Assembly: GCF_006345805.1 (NCBI RefSeq)
Contig: NC_043008.1
Coordinates: 37,448,001 to 37,512,000 of the forward strand
Origin: Octopus sinensis
Lineage: Eukaryota
Length of the DNA: 64,000 nucleotides
Direction: 5' to 3'
The notes under the pieces are model-generated. The model was not told where the DNA came from. It was given only the letters and a program-made list of their open reading frames with translations, and searched no databases. The translations under genes were made by a program, and so were the position numbers. This document shows, piece by piece, positions 1 through 13,336 of this stretch (within the stretch, counting starts at the first letter, position 1; each line of letters opens with the position of its first letter).

Positions 1-344
1 GTTGGCATACGAGGCAAAATGCTTAGTGGCATTTCGTCTATCTTTATGTTCTGAGTTCAAAACCTACCAAGGTTGATTTTGCCTTACATCCTTTTAATTA
101 TCAGTTGAGCATTGGGGTCGATGCAATCGATTTACCCACTCCATTGAAGTTGCTGGCCTTGTGCCTAAATTTGAAACCATTATTAAGTTTACTGAGGCAT
201 TGAGCTGGCAAGATCATCATCAGGCTGCATGAAATTCTTAGCTGCATTTTATAAGTTTTTACATTTTGAGTTCAAATTCTGCTGAGGTTGATTTGATATT
301 TTATCCTTTCAGGTCAATAAAATAGGTAGCAGCTGAGGACTGGG

Positions 345-900
345 ATCTATGGAAACCCATCTCGTGTGTGTGTGCATGTATTTGTTTGTCCCCTACTTCG
401 TCTTGGTGAATTGTACTGGTTTGTATGTGGAGGCACATGGCCTAGTGGTTAGAGCAGTGGACTCGTGGTTGAGGGATTTGGTTTCAAATCTCTGACCTGG
501 TGATGTGTGTGTTTATGAGCAAAACACCTAAGCTCCACACGGCTCCAGCAGAAGGTAATGGCGAACTTCTGCTGACTCTTTCGCCACAATTTTCTCTCAC
601 TCTTTCCTCCTGCATCTTGCAGCTCACCTGCGATGGACCAGCATCCCATCCAGGTGGGGAACCTATATGTGAAGGAAACCAGAAAACCGGCCCTTATGAG
701 CCAGGCATGGCTCGAGAAGTAACAAAAAATTGGTTTGTTTACCTATACATAACTTATCAGTTTAGCAAAGGTGACTGATAGATTAAGTACCAGACTTGAA
801 AACAAATTGTAAGTACAGGGTTTGATTTGTTGGACTAGACCCTTTGAGGTAGTGCTCCAGCATGGCTGCAGTCCAATGACTGAGACAAGTACAAGATACA
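345..900 (+). mobile_element. Old family-A SINE 3' half, split by a younger SINE
   Basis: Family-A body and tail motifs (ttgtcccc...ggtttgt / ttagcaaagg...gtgctccagcatggctgcagtc...gaaacaag-like) resume at ~731 after the insert. Confidence 0.6.
429..728 (+). mobile_element. tRNA-derived SINE, head E plus tail X
   Basis: A box (tggcctagtggtt) and B-box-like ggtttcaaatc; gcgatggaccagcatcccatccagg segment; A-rich end; tggtttgt repeated at 417-424 and 731-738 (probable TSD). Confidence 0.8.
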
Positions 901-1334
901 GGATGTAAATAAATGCATCTGGCATTTTGTCAAACACTCGTCATTCAGTTAATCTTGCACTAATATCCAGAAAATGCCGAATTTCTTGGACTGCTTGTGA
1001 AATCCATCAAAGAAATATAAAGCTGAGTCTAAATAACTTGGATTAAAAAGGACCCCGCTTTTGATGGCTTGACATTAATGGTACAAATTTATAGAACAGT
1101 TCCAGAGATAAATGAAAATATATTTTTTAATCTCTATCAAAGCAGACATTAACAAACAAGAGTGCTTATTAAATATTGTAATTTAGTACATCGTTTAGGC
1201 TATGTTCATATATAATCAATCATTTCCCTACCACCCCGCTTAATCCACACAAGATATTAAGTGAAAATAGTAAACTTTCCAGTTTCTATATTTTTATCTG
1301 AAATATTAACTCTGAAAAACATATGTTCGGAGAG

Positions 1335-1388
1335 ATGATAATGATGATGATGATGATCATAATACTAATAACAATAATAATAATAATG

Positions 1389-1439
<51 letters not shown>

Positions 1440-1670
1440 GTAACAATAATAATAATAATAATAATGATAATAATATTAATAATAATCATAATAATAGTAA
1501 TGATAGCAATGATAATAATAATAATGATAATGACTGTATGTGTGCATACATCATTGATTTGTATACAGACAACAAAACACAGAAAAAAAGAGGACATTTA
1601 TTTGACCCCACAAAAAATTCTTGCTTACATCTCAAAAAATTTAAATAAAATAATAATAATAATAATGATG

Positions 1671-1738
<68 letters not shown>

Positions 1739-1750
1739 GTAATAATCACA
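1335..1750. repeat. Two (TAA/TGA)n microsatellite blocks (1335-1532, 1650-1750)
   Basis: Direct reading; source of the poly-Ile ORFs. Confidence 0.95.
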
Positions 1751-2318
1751 ACAACAAAAACAGCAGCAGCAATTTGGTGAAATAGATACTGTATGCTTTT
1801 ATCATTGAAAACTTAACTTGTGCACTGTATGGCCAAATAATCACACAGGAAGCATTATAAGTCAATTGCTTAGGAAAAGAAACCATTAAGTGCGATGTGC
1901 AGTATCTCATCATTGATATATCTATAATTTTATATGTATTTATATGTGTGTGTGTGTGAGTGTGTGCATAAGAGAGTGTATGTGTGTGTGTGTGTATGTA
2001 TAAACATATATCATCATATTTATATATAGTATTAAAAATTTTTATATATATATATACACACGCATTTATAAAGGTTTTTAATACTATTTCAATAAGTAGC
2101 AGATTCCTCAAGTATTTATCTGTTCTATAAAATTGCTACCAATATATATTACAGAATCAATCTCGGAATACAGCTCACTTATAGTCTGTTTTTACAGGAA
2201 AATGAAATAGAAAGACATTTATTTGTTAATCTAATTCTGTTGGTTGGATGGGTTCACACACAGACCAGTACTCACATGTGCACGTACACACACTTACACA
2301 CACACACACACACTCACG

Positions 2319-2366
<48 letters not shown>

Positions 2367-2515
2367 TCACAATTTTTAAGCTTTTTGTAAAAGCAAAAAT
2401 AATGAATAATGGCAGAAGTTTTATTATGTTCCTGTAACTTTTAATATTATGTCTGAGCACATCATATATATATATAAATATATAAATATATATATAAATA
2501 TATAAATATATTAAG

Positions 2516-2575
<60 letters not shown>

Positions 2576-2704
2576 ATTTATATATATATGTATATATATA
2601 ACTGTGCATATAGATAATATATAAATATATGTATATATACATACACATATACACGCACACATATATATGTAATGCATATATATATATATATATATATGTG
2701 TGTG

Positions 2705-2759
<55 letters not shown>

Positions 2760-2777
2760 GTATGTATGTATATATAT

Positions 2778-3830
2778 GGTAAAGGAAAGATGGAAGATGG
2801 AATATACTAGAATTTATTATTAATCATGACAATTGTTTTGACACATCTAACATTGGTCCCTCGTGGGTAGGACACTCAACTACTGGTTCAGGAGCATCCA
2901 GAGGTGAAAATGCATCTTGTGAAGCGATAAATATATACAATTCATTAAAATAACAGTCCTGCAATGTAACTTCTCATCTTGTAAAAAGAAAAGTGACCAA
3001 ACAGAGGAAGTATTTTCGTTTATATACAAGATCAAAAATAAAGTTACAGAAGGAAAAAAGAGAAATGAACACACAATCCAGCGAGAAAAGTATTAAAAAA
3101 ATATTTATACACATATATGCTGGATTGGGTGTTCGTTTCTCTTTTTTCCATCTGGGACTTTATTTTTGATCTTCTATATAAATGAAGATATCCCCTTTGT
3201 CTGGTTACTCTCTTTACTCTTTACTCTTTTACTTGTTTCAGTCATTTGACTGCGGCCATACTGGAGTACCACCTTTAGTCGAGCAAATCGACCCCGGGAC
3301 TTATTCTTTGTAAGCCCAGTACTTATTTTATCGATCTCTTTTGCCGAACCGCTAAGTGATGGGGACGTAAACACACCAGCATCGGTTGTCAAGCAATGCT
3401 AGGGGGACAAACACAGACACACAAACATATATATATACACATATACGACGGGCTTCTTTCAGTTTCCGTCTACCAAATCCACTCACAAGGCATTGGTCGG
3501 CCCGGGGCTATAGCAGAAGACACTTGCCCAAGATGCCACGCAGTGGGACTGAACCCGGAACCATGTGGTTGGTAAGCAAGCTACTTACCACACAGCCACT
3601 CCTGCGCCATGCTTTTTTTTTCTACAAAACGAGAAGTTACATTGCAGAACTGTTATTTTAACGAGTTGTATCTATTTATCACCCGACGAGATATATCTGT
3701 ACCCCTGGATGTTCCTGAACCAGTTGTTGAGTATCCCACCCATGAGGAATCGATGCTAGATGTGTTGATACAATTGATGTGATTAATAATAAATTCTCGT
3801 ATATTCCATCTGCCGTCTTTCAATTGCCTT
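2778..3830. repeat. Old ~600-bp palindrome (arms 2778-3081 and 3119-3830), right arm interrupted by a SINE
   Basis: Reverse complement of the right arm aligns continuously with the left arm, e.g. gaagatggaatatactagaatttattattaatca vs gcagatggaatatacgagaatttattattaatca, and gagaaatgaacacacaatccagc vs gagaaacgaacacccaatccagc. Confidence 0.85.
3205..3608 (-). mobile_element. Family-A tRNA-derived SINE, full length
   Basis: Minus strand: ggcgcaggagtggctgtgtggtaag head, ggttcagtccc B-box-like motif, CORE-like cttgggcaagtgtctt, internal TA/CA microsatellite, (gtaaaaga)n tail. Confidence 0.9.
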
Positions 3831-3906
3831 ATAGCTAACGATCACTGTGAAATTGACCGTGCCTTACTAGTAAGCCACTAGGTGTAAACCATTCGTTTCA
3901 TTATCC

Positions 3907-4006
3907 ATTATATAATAATAACAATAATAATAATATAATAATAATGATGATAATAATAATAATAATAATAATATAATAATAATAATAATAATATATAATA
4001 ATGATG

Positions 4007-4061
<55 letters not shown>

Positions 4062-4147
4062 TAATAATAACAATAATAACATAAATAACATAAATAACAA
4101 TAAATAACATAAAATAACTAATAATAACAATAATAACATAAACAACA
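3907..4147. repeat. (TAA)n microsatellite, degenerate; 5' flank of the LINE
   Basis: Direct reading. Confidence 0.95.
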
Positions 4148-6691
4148 TAAATGCAGACTGGATTACACAAACTGAAGGATCCTACCAAAATTTACAACAA
4201 CAAGCATGGGAAGACATCACAATAGCAGACCTAAGAAAGGCACTCACAAAGGCCCATAATTGGAAATCCCCCGGTAAAAATAGGGTGCCGAATTTCTGGC
4301 TCGCATCGCTCCCACGCGCACACGGTAAGCTAGTTCAGCTGCTCAATGGAATTATGAGAGACCAAAGAAAACACCTGAATGGTTAGCAAGTGGCATTACT
4401 TACCTACTCCCAAAGAATAACGAAACCAACCTTCCAAAAAGCTATCGGCCTATAACCTGTCTATCCACAACGTATAAAATCCTAACAACTATCCTGGCGG
4501 AGAAAACATACGCATTCATGGAGAAGAACGATATTTTCCCCATTGAACAAAAAGGGTGCCGCCGAGGCTCTTACGGATGCAAAGATCAACTGCTAATCAA
4601 TCGCATGATCCTTGAGAACTGTCACAACAAGCGCAGAAATCTCAGCACCGCATGGATTGACTATAAAAAGGCCTTCGACAGTATACCGCATCCATGGATC
4701 TTGAGATCGCTGGACATCTTCAAAATTTCCCCTGTGATTTCAAACCTCCCTGAAGCACAATATGTCGTTGTGGAATACGAATCTCCAATTATACCACTCT
4801 AATGGAGTACTTGCCTCAGAAAATATAAACATCAACTGTGGAATTTTTCAAGGTGACTCACTTTCACCTTTAATATTCTGCATAGCCCTAATACCCCTTA
4901 CAAGTGAATTAAACAGAACAGAGTATGGGTATAAAATTGCCAATAAAAAAATAAGCCATCTATTTTATATGGATGACTTAAAACTTTATGGTAAAGACAA
5001 TAACGAACTTGAAGGCCTATTGCGCACCGTGAAAGCATTCAGCGATGACATCGGGATGGAGTTTGGACTTGAGAAGTGTGCCAAGGCCACTTTCCAGAAA
5101 GGGAAAGTGAAGACCACAAATTCAGTCGTGTTAGATGTTGACACAGTCATAAAAGAGCTTGAGCAAGAGCAAACATACAAATATTTAGGGATAAATGAAG
5201 GCTCTGGTATTCAGCATGCAAGCATGACAGAGAAAATCAGGAAGGAATGTTATAGGAGAGTTCGTGCAGTCCTGAAATCTGAACTAAATGCATGTAACAA
5301 GGTGTTAGCTATAAATTCCTTAGCAGTTCCAGTTGTTACTTATAGCTACAATGTGTTGAACTGGAATATGAGTGAAGTAAAGAATATAGATAGGAAAATA
5401 CGCAAGCTGCTGAGTTGTAATAGGATGCACCACCCAAAGGCAGACGTAGATCGCCTTTACCTTCCCAGAGCCCAAGGAGGTCGAGGCCTGATCCAATTTG
5501 AACTAGCTTACAAAACAACCACAATTGGACTGGCCAAATATCTCGAAATATCGAATGACTGGATGCTAAAGCTCGTGGAAAATCACGAGAGATGAAAGAA
5601 GCTTCATTCTATCATAAAGGAAAGCAAAAAATTTGCTATTGATCTCGTGCAGGATACCCAAACTGAACAACCCGAGGGAAGTACGGCAACTATTGTTGCA
5701 AAGAAGGTGAAAATGATGGCAATGAAAAAAGCGCACGAGCATGGCTGATAGGTGGGAGGAGAAACCTCTGCACGGCAAATATGTGACCCGCAGCTAACAA
5801 GCTGATGTTGACCAGAAGCAAACCCATCAGTGGCTACGGAGCTCAGGGCTAAAAGCAGAGAGCGAAGGTTTCATCCTGGCTGCTCAAGATCAAAGCCTAT
5901 TAACCCGGAACTACCAGGCCAATGTGATGAAAAATGGAGCAGACCCAAAATGCCGATTCTGCAACGACATGATTGAAACAGTGGACCACCTAATCTCTGG
6001 ATGTAAAGTCTTAGCACCAGTGGAGTATAAATTAAGACATGATAGAGTTGGCCAATATCTCCACTGGCTAATAAGTCGGCATTACAATATCAAAACTGCC
6101 AACAAGTGGTATAATCACCACCCTGAGGCTGTAACTGAAGGAGAAAATGTAACGATTTTGTGGGACTTTCCAGTACATACAGACGAACCATCAAGGCCAA
6201 TAAACCAGATATTGTTGTGAAAGACCAAAACAATAAAGTTTGCTTATTGATCGACATGAGCATCCCCTGTGATCATAATATCTCAGCGAAAGAGTTTGAC
6301 AAGCTCAGAAAATATAAAGACCTACTCATTGAAATTGAGAAAATGTGGCATCTCAAGGCGGTTACAATACCAGTGATCGTAGGAGCACTAGGAATGATCA
6401 AGAAGGGAACCGAAAATTATATGAGAATGATCCCTGGCTTACCATCCCTGCAAGAAGTGCAAAAGATTGTCTTAACTGGTACATCACACGTATTGAGAAG
6501 AGCATTGTCAATGTGAGAACTGTTGCTGCTCATGTATTTTAAATTAACTTTAAAAAAAAAAATTAAAAAAATGAACGAACTACTGAGTTTGGTTTAATGG
6601 CCTACCAATATATACTATGAGTTTCTTTGCCCTAGGAGTCGGGAAGACACTCGGCAAGAAATGGAAGCAAATTTCAAAGAAGAAAAAAAAA
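4148..6691 (+). mobile_element. 5'-truncated non-LTR retrotransposon, R4/Dong-like (RT plus restriction-like endonuclease), inserted in (TAA)n
   Basis: Broken ORF: WKSPG, YRPITCL, AWIDYKKAFDSIPH, GIFQGDSLSP, HLFYMDDLKLY (RT); CRFC...ETVDHLISGC (CCHC knuckle); KPDIVVKD...LIDMSIP (RLE). Stop at 6514-6516, ~175-bp 3' UTR, TAA arrays on both sides. Confidence 0.93.
4150..6516 (+). pseudogene. Disrupted RT-RLE polyprotein of the R4/Dong-like LINE
   Basis: ORF-track pieces 4518-4802, 4762-5595, 5924-6220 and 6160-6516 are consecutive parts of one protein, separated by frameshifts and an in-frame stop at 5593-5595. Confidence 0.92.
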
Positions 6692-6740
6692 AGTAATAAT
6701 AACAATAATAATAATAATGATAATAATAATAATAATAATG

Positions 6741-6791
<51 letters not shown>

Positions 6792-6803
6792 GTGATAGTA
6801 ACA
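6692..6803. repeat. (TAA)n microsatellite; 3' flank of the LINE
   Basis: Direct reading. Confidence 0.95.
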
Positions 6804-7006
6804 ATTCTAGGATGGAAATATAAATATCTAATACATCGTACATTGCCACAAATCACATGATATTGACGTCAGAGTCAGCATCCATGGGATTAGTGCAGTA
6901 TAGTCTGTATTATCTGTGGGTATCTGGTTGATCATCACCATTGATTCATTTCATCGGGCTTTATCTGCATACCCTTAATGTTACCATAACCGAATTTAAA
7001 AGATGT

Positions 7007-7050
<44 letters not shown>

Positions 7051-7572
7051 TATATATATACATGTGTTTATATATATATACACATACATAAATATATATA
7101 TATATATATAAACAAATGTGTGTGTGTATGTATATAAATATGTATATATTTATACAGCATGTATATATGTATGTATATGTGCCCAAGAGGCAGAGGGGTT
7201 TGAACATCAGATAAAGATGTAGTTATTCTGGTTCTTCACACCCAGAATTCAAATCCTATCCAGGCCAACTTTGTCTGTTATCCTTTAGGAATTATTGAAG
7301 TGCCAGTCATTTAGTGAGATTAATTTTTCTCTTCATTGTACATTTTCTTTCTGTCTGATGTTTGTCTTTCCATCTTGTGGTAGATAAAAGCTGAGTTAAG
7401 ACCTATAGAAGGATGCTCTAAAAATGCCCAAGGCTCACTATCATATCACCATGGCATCCCTACAACACCTTTGCTTATTTGAGAGCCCAATGCAAGACTC
7501 TTTCTTGATATATTTGCACCCACTCCAACACATGGTCACAGACTCAGTCACTCCAACATTATATTGCTTTAA

Positions 7573-7768
7573 CCCTTTTGTTACCAATCCACCTGAAACC
7601 ACCCCTGGTTTTGTAATAGAAATGTCTTGTTTTCAAAAGTTCTGAATTAAAATTTTCCAACAAACAAAGCTTAATGATAACTAAGTAATTTTACTAAATT
7701 CTTTGTTATATTTAAAATTAATTGAATGAAACCGAGAGCATCTCAACAGAAATATGGTAACAAAAGGG
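7573..7768 (-). mobile_element. piggyBac-type (TTAA) MITE
   Basis: TIR CCCTTTTGTTACCA / TGGTAACAAAAGGG, flanked by TTAA (7569-72) and TTAG; reverse-complement homolog of 53443-53662. Confidence 0.8.
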
Positions 7769-9136
7769 TTAGGAGAGAATCAGACAGCTTCTAGACGACT
7801 TTCAATAAAAGTGAATAAATGTTTTAAATATTTCTCCTCTAAAGATAATATTTAAAACTCTTCAATTTTTCAATTAAAACATTTTTATCATATTTACATC
7901 TACAGCAAATTGACAAAATCATTAGATTGTTGTGTAGAACTTATTACAGTATCCATCCCAGCCTCTTTGCGCTCTGAGTTCATATTCTGCCACTGTCAGC
8001 TTTGCCTTTCATCCTTTTGGGGTTAATAAATCAAGCATCAGTCTAGTACTGGTGACAATTTTTCTCTCCTTCTTTCTTTGCTCTATCTGTCTTTCTTGTT
8101 TTTCTTTCTTTGTCTCTGCCCATCTGTCTTTTTATCTGCCTGGATGAGATCACCTATAGTCAGATCTGAAGAGAGATAAACTTCAGCAGGTTTAAAGATA
8201 CTCAAAAAACATCATGTATCATAATAAACTGCTTTCCAATACCTTTAGACATTTAGGGCTCGAGGAAAGGCAAATCATTTATACCTGCTTTTGATTGGTT
8301 TTGATCTCCAGTCGTCATCAGCCAGTGTTCATTTCTATGGATGCGAACATAGTAACAGATGCATTTAGAACTAAGAATTTCATGAATAAAAAACTACAAT
8401 AAACTTCAGCTTAAAAATAGATTTTCTTGGAATCCAGTCAAGTATCATAAAAAAAATACAGCTGATTATTAATTTTATGATTGAAGAGCAGCGTGATCAA
8501 AACTAAGTGTAGGTGTAAATATTATAAGATTTTCATTGCTAATTATTTTTATCAGATACGAATTTAAAAAATAAAGAAAACAAATAATCCTGTTAATATC
8601 AGTTCACGTCATTTAATCTTTTTTTTAATTATGAATTGACATTAGAAGAACGATATCATTTTGCATGTATAGAATTTAGTTTTGTTGGTGTTTTATGAAT
8701 ATTATCTCTTAATGATTTTGCCAAGAGAAAGTGGTGCTCTAATAATGATCTTTGCAGGCCCTCTGAGATTGGTGTTTGTTCCCTTTTATGTTTATTTTTC
8801 CATGACAGTATGGGGTCGACGAATATATTATTGACATTACGTTTTACAGCTGGAGGCTCTTGCTGCTGCTAATTCTCTATCTCATTTTCAAGTGAGAGGC
8901 CTCTTGCTTCATGTCTTCAATTGTGTGGAGTGAGTTGATGCTTTGTTGACAGGAGAATTGCAGTAACAGTGCTCATAGCTTGTGACTTTTGCAGAATGCA
9001 AATGTAAACAAACATATAAGCACAATGTGTATGCATGTGCACACACACACATACACACACATATGTACATGCATATATATATATATATACATATATACAT
9101 GCATATATACATACATATATATACATGCATACATAC

Positions 9137-9322
9137 CTTCATTCAAAGACTACAGATCCAATCCATCACTAGAACTGTAAAAATCTGTAAAAACTTTCCA
9201 AAAGTTTATTATTTAAATATATATATGCATGTCTAGATATGTAACGGTATGCATGAGAATACATACATAAAACACAAATCTGCACATACATACATACATA
9301 CATACATACATACATACATACA
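9137..9322 (+). mobile_element. Short 3'-end fragment of an RLE-type LINE associated with (TACA)n
   Basis: Encodes RLQIQSITRTVKICK; same sequence as 9535-9680; followed by (TACA)n. Confidence 0.75.
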
Positions 9323-9323
9323 T

Positions 9324-9857
9324 GTATAGTGGATGTTAACATAAAGCTGAATATCAATAGAAAAGAGAGCACCTATGCTGAACAATTGAGAAATCTGCAG
9401 TTACTCTATCCAGATTACAAGTTCAGTTATACTTGTAATTATTGGGGCCTTGGGATATATAACACACTGCTTTAATACCAACCTTGAGAAATTAGGCTTC
9501 TCAAAACCAGAAAGGAGAAACCTAATTCGAAAAATACAGATCCAATCCATCATTAGAACTGTAAAAATCTGTAAAACTTTCCAGAAGTTTATCCTTTAAT
9601 TATATATGAGCATGTCTAGTTGTGCAACTATGTGCATGAGAATACATACATAAAACATACAAATCTGTTTATACATACATACATACATACATACATACAT
9701 ACATACATACATACATACATACAAACAAATATAAATACATACATACATACATACAAAAATACCCTGTTGTTGATGTTGAAATTCCAATGAAGGAGCCTTG
9801 GATCTAGGTTAGAAACCACTTCTTTCTCTATTGACAAGAAACTGAATAATGACATAC
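9324..9857 (+). mobile_element. 3' end of an RLE-type LINE associated with (TACA)n
   Basis: Translation VDVNIKLNINRKESTYAEQLRNLQLLYPDYKF/VIIGALGYITHCFNTNLEKLGFSKPERRNLIRKIQIQSIIRTVKICKTFQKFIL* (stop 9597-99), typical of the RLE C-terminus; 3' region contains a TACA array. Confidence 0.8.
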
Positions 9858-10347
9858 CAACACATGCATATACATAAATGAAGGTTGTCAGCTTCTAAAT
9901 ATATATAACTATTGTTGACAAATTATCTTATCCTAGATGTTAAAGACAATGCCTCTTAGCAATGCCTGTGCTGACATATAACGTCAATAACAGTTATCAT
10001 AACATGGTTTAGACTCTTCCATACAAATCCAAGCAGTCCAGAAACAATCAAGAGCAAGATCTCAAGTTTTACAATGACGTGGGTGCTAATCTGGGAATTT
10101 CCTTTCTTAGTAAGATGTCTAAGCAAAATATAGGGATCTCTCACTGTCAGCTGCTGGATGACTGTTGACTCTACTGATTTCATCCTTCTCTTGACAAGCT
10201 TTGATTTTCATCCTGTGGACTGCCCTTACCATGGATGTTTGGTCAGGCTACCAGTTGAGCCACTGAAGGCCAGACCATATCACAAGTTGTATAGAGATAC
10301 ATGTTATTGTTGCATTAAAAGTAACCTGACAATTGTGTGTGCGTGTA

Positions 10348-10414
<67 letters not shown>

Positions 10415-10927
10415 ATATATATATAATATATAATAATATATAATATATATTAATATATATATATATATATGTAAATGTAGGTTGCATACGAGTGGGTATA
10501 TTTTATAAAAAAGAAGTTTGAAACGCCACTATATAAAATAAATTTTAATTTTCTGAGAGATTTTGCATGTTTTGTTCTTAAAAAAGTGAACCTAATCAAA
10601 AATATTTTAAAAAACTAAGTGTAATAAAAGTTCATAATTGCTTCTTACTAGTCTCAACAGAGTCCATGTGGTTGTGTTTTGTGTGTGAGAGCATAATGGC
10701 ATAAAAAACTTCTTATATATATATATATATATTTATACGTGTATATATATATACGTATAAATATCAGCCGAAATTGCTACGATGATCCGGTTCTTGACTG
10801 AAGATTGAGGGCTTCAAATGTCCCGTCCGTGTTTTTTGTATCGTCTTCTAAGTGTTTTGTGTTCTTGTCCCAGTTTGTATTTTTTCTACATATAATAATA
10901 ATAATATATATATATATATATATATGT

Positions 10928-11304
10928 GGAGGTGCAATGGCCCAGTGGTTAGGGCAGCAGACTCGCGGTCGTAGGATCGCGGTTTCGATTCCCAGACTGG
11001 GCGTTGTGAGTGTTTATTGAGCAAAAACACCTAAAGCTCCACGAGGCTCCGGCAGGGGATTGTGGTGATCCCTGCTCTACTCTTTCACCACAACTTTCTC
11101 TCACTCTTACTTCCTGCTTCTGTTGTACCTGTATTTCAAAGGGCCGGCCTTGTCACTCTCTGTGTCACACTGAATATCCCCGAGAACTACGTTAAGGGTA
11201 CACGTGTCTGTGGAGTGCTCAGCCACTTACACGTTAATTTCACGAGCAGGCTGTTCTGTTGATCGGATCAACCGGAACCCTCGTCGTCGTAACCGACGGA
11301 GTAC

Positions 11305-11306
<2 letters not shown>
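10928..11306 (+). mobile_element. tRNA-derived SINE, head E plus tail Y
   Basis: A box tggcccagtggtt, B box ggtttcgattccc; body shared with 429-728; tail shared with 13968-14287. Confidence 0.85.
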
Positions 11307-11355
<49 letters not shown>

Positions 11356-11441
11356 CATATATATATACGTATAAATTATATATATATATATATATATTTA
11401 TACGTATATATAATATATATATTATATAATATAATTTATAC

Positions 11442-11479
<38 letters not shown>

Positions 11480-11480
<1 letters not shown>

Positions 11481-11605
11481 TGAGAAAGTTGGTTTTTGAA
11501 AGCACGTGGTTGAATATATAGAAAATAGTAAGAAGTGAAAAAACTACCGAACCTTTTAAAACAAGTCTTCTGTAGTTTTTTCACTTCTTACTATTTTCTA
11601 TATAT
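11480..11605. repeat. Miniature inverted PLE terminus with a perfect 34-bp hairpin, in (TA)n
   Basis: 11514-11547 is the exact reverse complement of 11572-11605; 11480-11547 is homologous to 49217-49290. Confidence 0.8.
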
Positions 11606-12090
11606 ATATATATATATTATAATATATAGTGTGTATATAATGTATGCACACACACATACTTAAATAAATACATTTGCAACGAAATTGTTTCAGTTTCCAT
11701 TGCCCAAATCAATTCATAAGATTTTGTTGCTGAACTTGGGCTATTATAGAAGAATTTGACCAAGGTGCTAAATAGTAAGAATTTCTTAAACTGCACAGCT
11801 ATGCCTATGCTAATGCGATAATATATTTCTTAAAGTACCATTTTATGTTGTCAAGTATTCTCATACTAAATGCATGTGTGTTTTAAGTGTTTCAGTAGTG
11901 ATATACTCCATAATAAATTGTGTATTTTGTCCCTTCTTGTTAAGGGAAGCAAAAGATTTATCTTCCTTCAAATTTTTTATTAGAGTTATTTTGATAAATT
12001 TGTTGCATTTTTAAACTTTATCTTTGGCATTTTATTTGCTCTTCTGAAAACAGAATTTTGAATGTTAAAATGTGTGAGGCATGTGTTTGT

Positions 12091-12139
<49 letters not shown>

Positions 12140-12144
<5 letters not shown>

Positions 12145-12600
12145 ATACATATGGTGTTCATTTATACATACATACACACACACATACTCCTATGCACATT
12201 CACTACATACATATGTAGATACAGACATACACACCTAAATAATACATACATACATACATACACACTTGTGCGTATGTGTGTGTGTGTGTGTGTGTGTGTA
12301 TTTGTGCGTGTGTGTGTGCATACATATGGTGTACATTTATACTTACATACAAACAACTACCTCTACACACTTATTACACACATACATAGATACAGACATA
12401 CATACCTACATAATACATACATACACACTATATATGTGTATGTGTGTATTTAAATGCATGTGTGTGCATACATACGGTGTACATTTATACATACACACAC
12501 ACACACATACACCTACACACATTCATTACATACATAAATAGGTACAGACATACATAATACCTACATATGTACATACATACACACTTATGTGTGTGTGTGT
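12140..12600. repeat. Composite minisatellite, three copies of a ~150-175-bp CA/TACA-rich unit
   Basis: gtgcatacata(t/c)ggtgt...tagatacagacataca recurs at ~12141, ~12316 and ~12465. Confidence 0.75.
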
Positions 12601-12926
12601 GGCTAAATAAAACATAAAGAGGTTAGTAAAACTTAAAAATATAAAACTTCGTACATTTGGTATAAATTTATGTAAGGTTCAGTTTTTAAAGTTTATTCCT
12701 AAGAAGTATTAGAAATATGCTACATGTTAAAATGCTTGTTTTTTCATGATAATGTTGATTATTTAAAAAATGTTTTTTACATTATTTTGCACACCTAAAA
12801 ATGAATGATTAATGTTACCAGCTGTCTAATGTTTAAGAAGATCCATATATAATCCATATTGCAACAGCTTATATATTTATGCCAAGTAGATTACACCAGA
12901 ATGAACAGATAATATAATTCAAAAGT

Positions 12927-13093
12927 CAGGAGTGGCTGTGTGGTAAGTAGCTTGCTAACCAACCACATGGTTCCGGGTTCAGTCCCACTGTGTGGCATCT
13001 TGGGCAAGTGTCTTCTGCTATAGTCCCAGGCCGACCAATGCCTTGTGAGTGGATTTGGTAGACGGAAACTGAAAGAAGCCTGTCGTATATATG

Positions 13094-13126
<33 letters not shown>

Positions 13127-13336
13127 TTGTGTGTCTGTGTTTGTCCCCCTAGCATTGCTTGGCAACCAATGCTGGTGTGTTTACTTCCCCGTCACTTAGC
13201 GGTTCGGCAAAAGAGACCGATAGAATAAGAACTGGGCTTACAAGGAATAAGTACTGGGGTCGATTTGCTCAACTAAAGGCGGTGCTCCAGCATGGCTGCA
13301 GTCAAATGACCGACACAAGTAAAAGAGTAAAAGAGT
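12927..13336 (+). mobile_element. Family-A SINE, full length
   Basis: Same head, body and tail as 3205-3608. Confidence 0.9.

Noticed and set aside
9940-10310. Balanced-composition block, possibly a LINE fragment on the minus strand
   Set aside because: No diagnostic motif could be read.
10770-10900. TA-flanked unit with ctgaaga...ttcaaatgtc, a possible hammerhead
   Set aside because: No GAAA, and stems I and II cannot be closed convincingly; at most a decayed PLE-like end.
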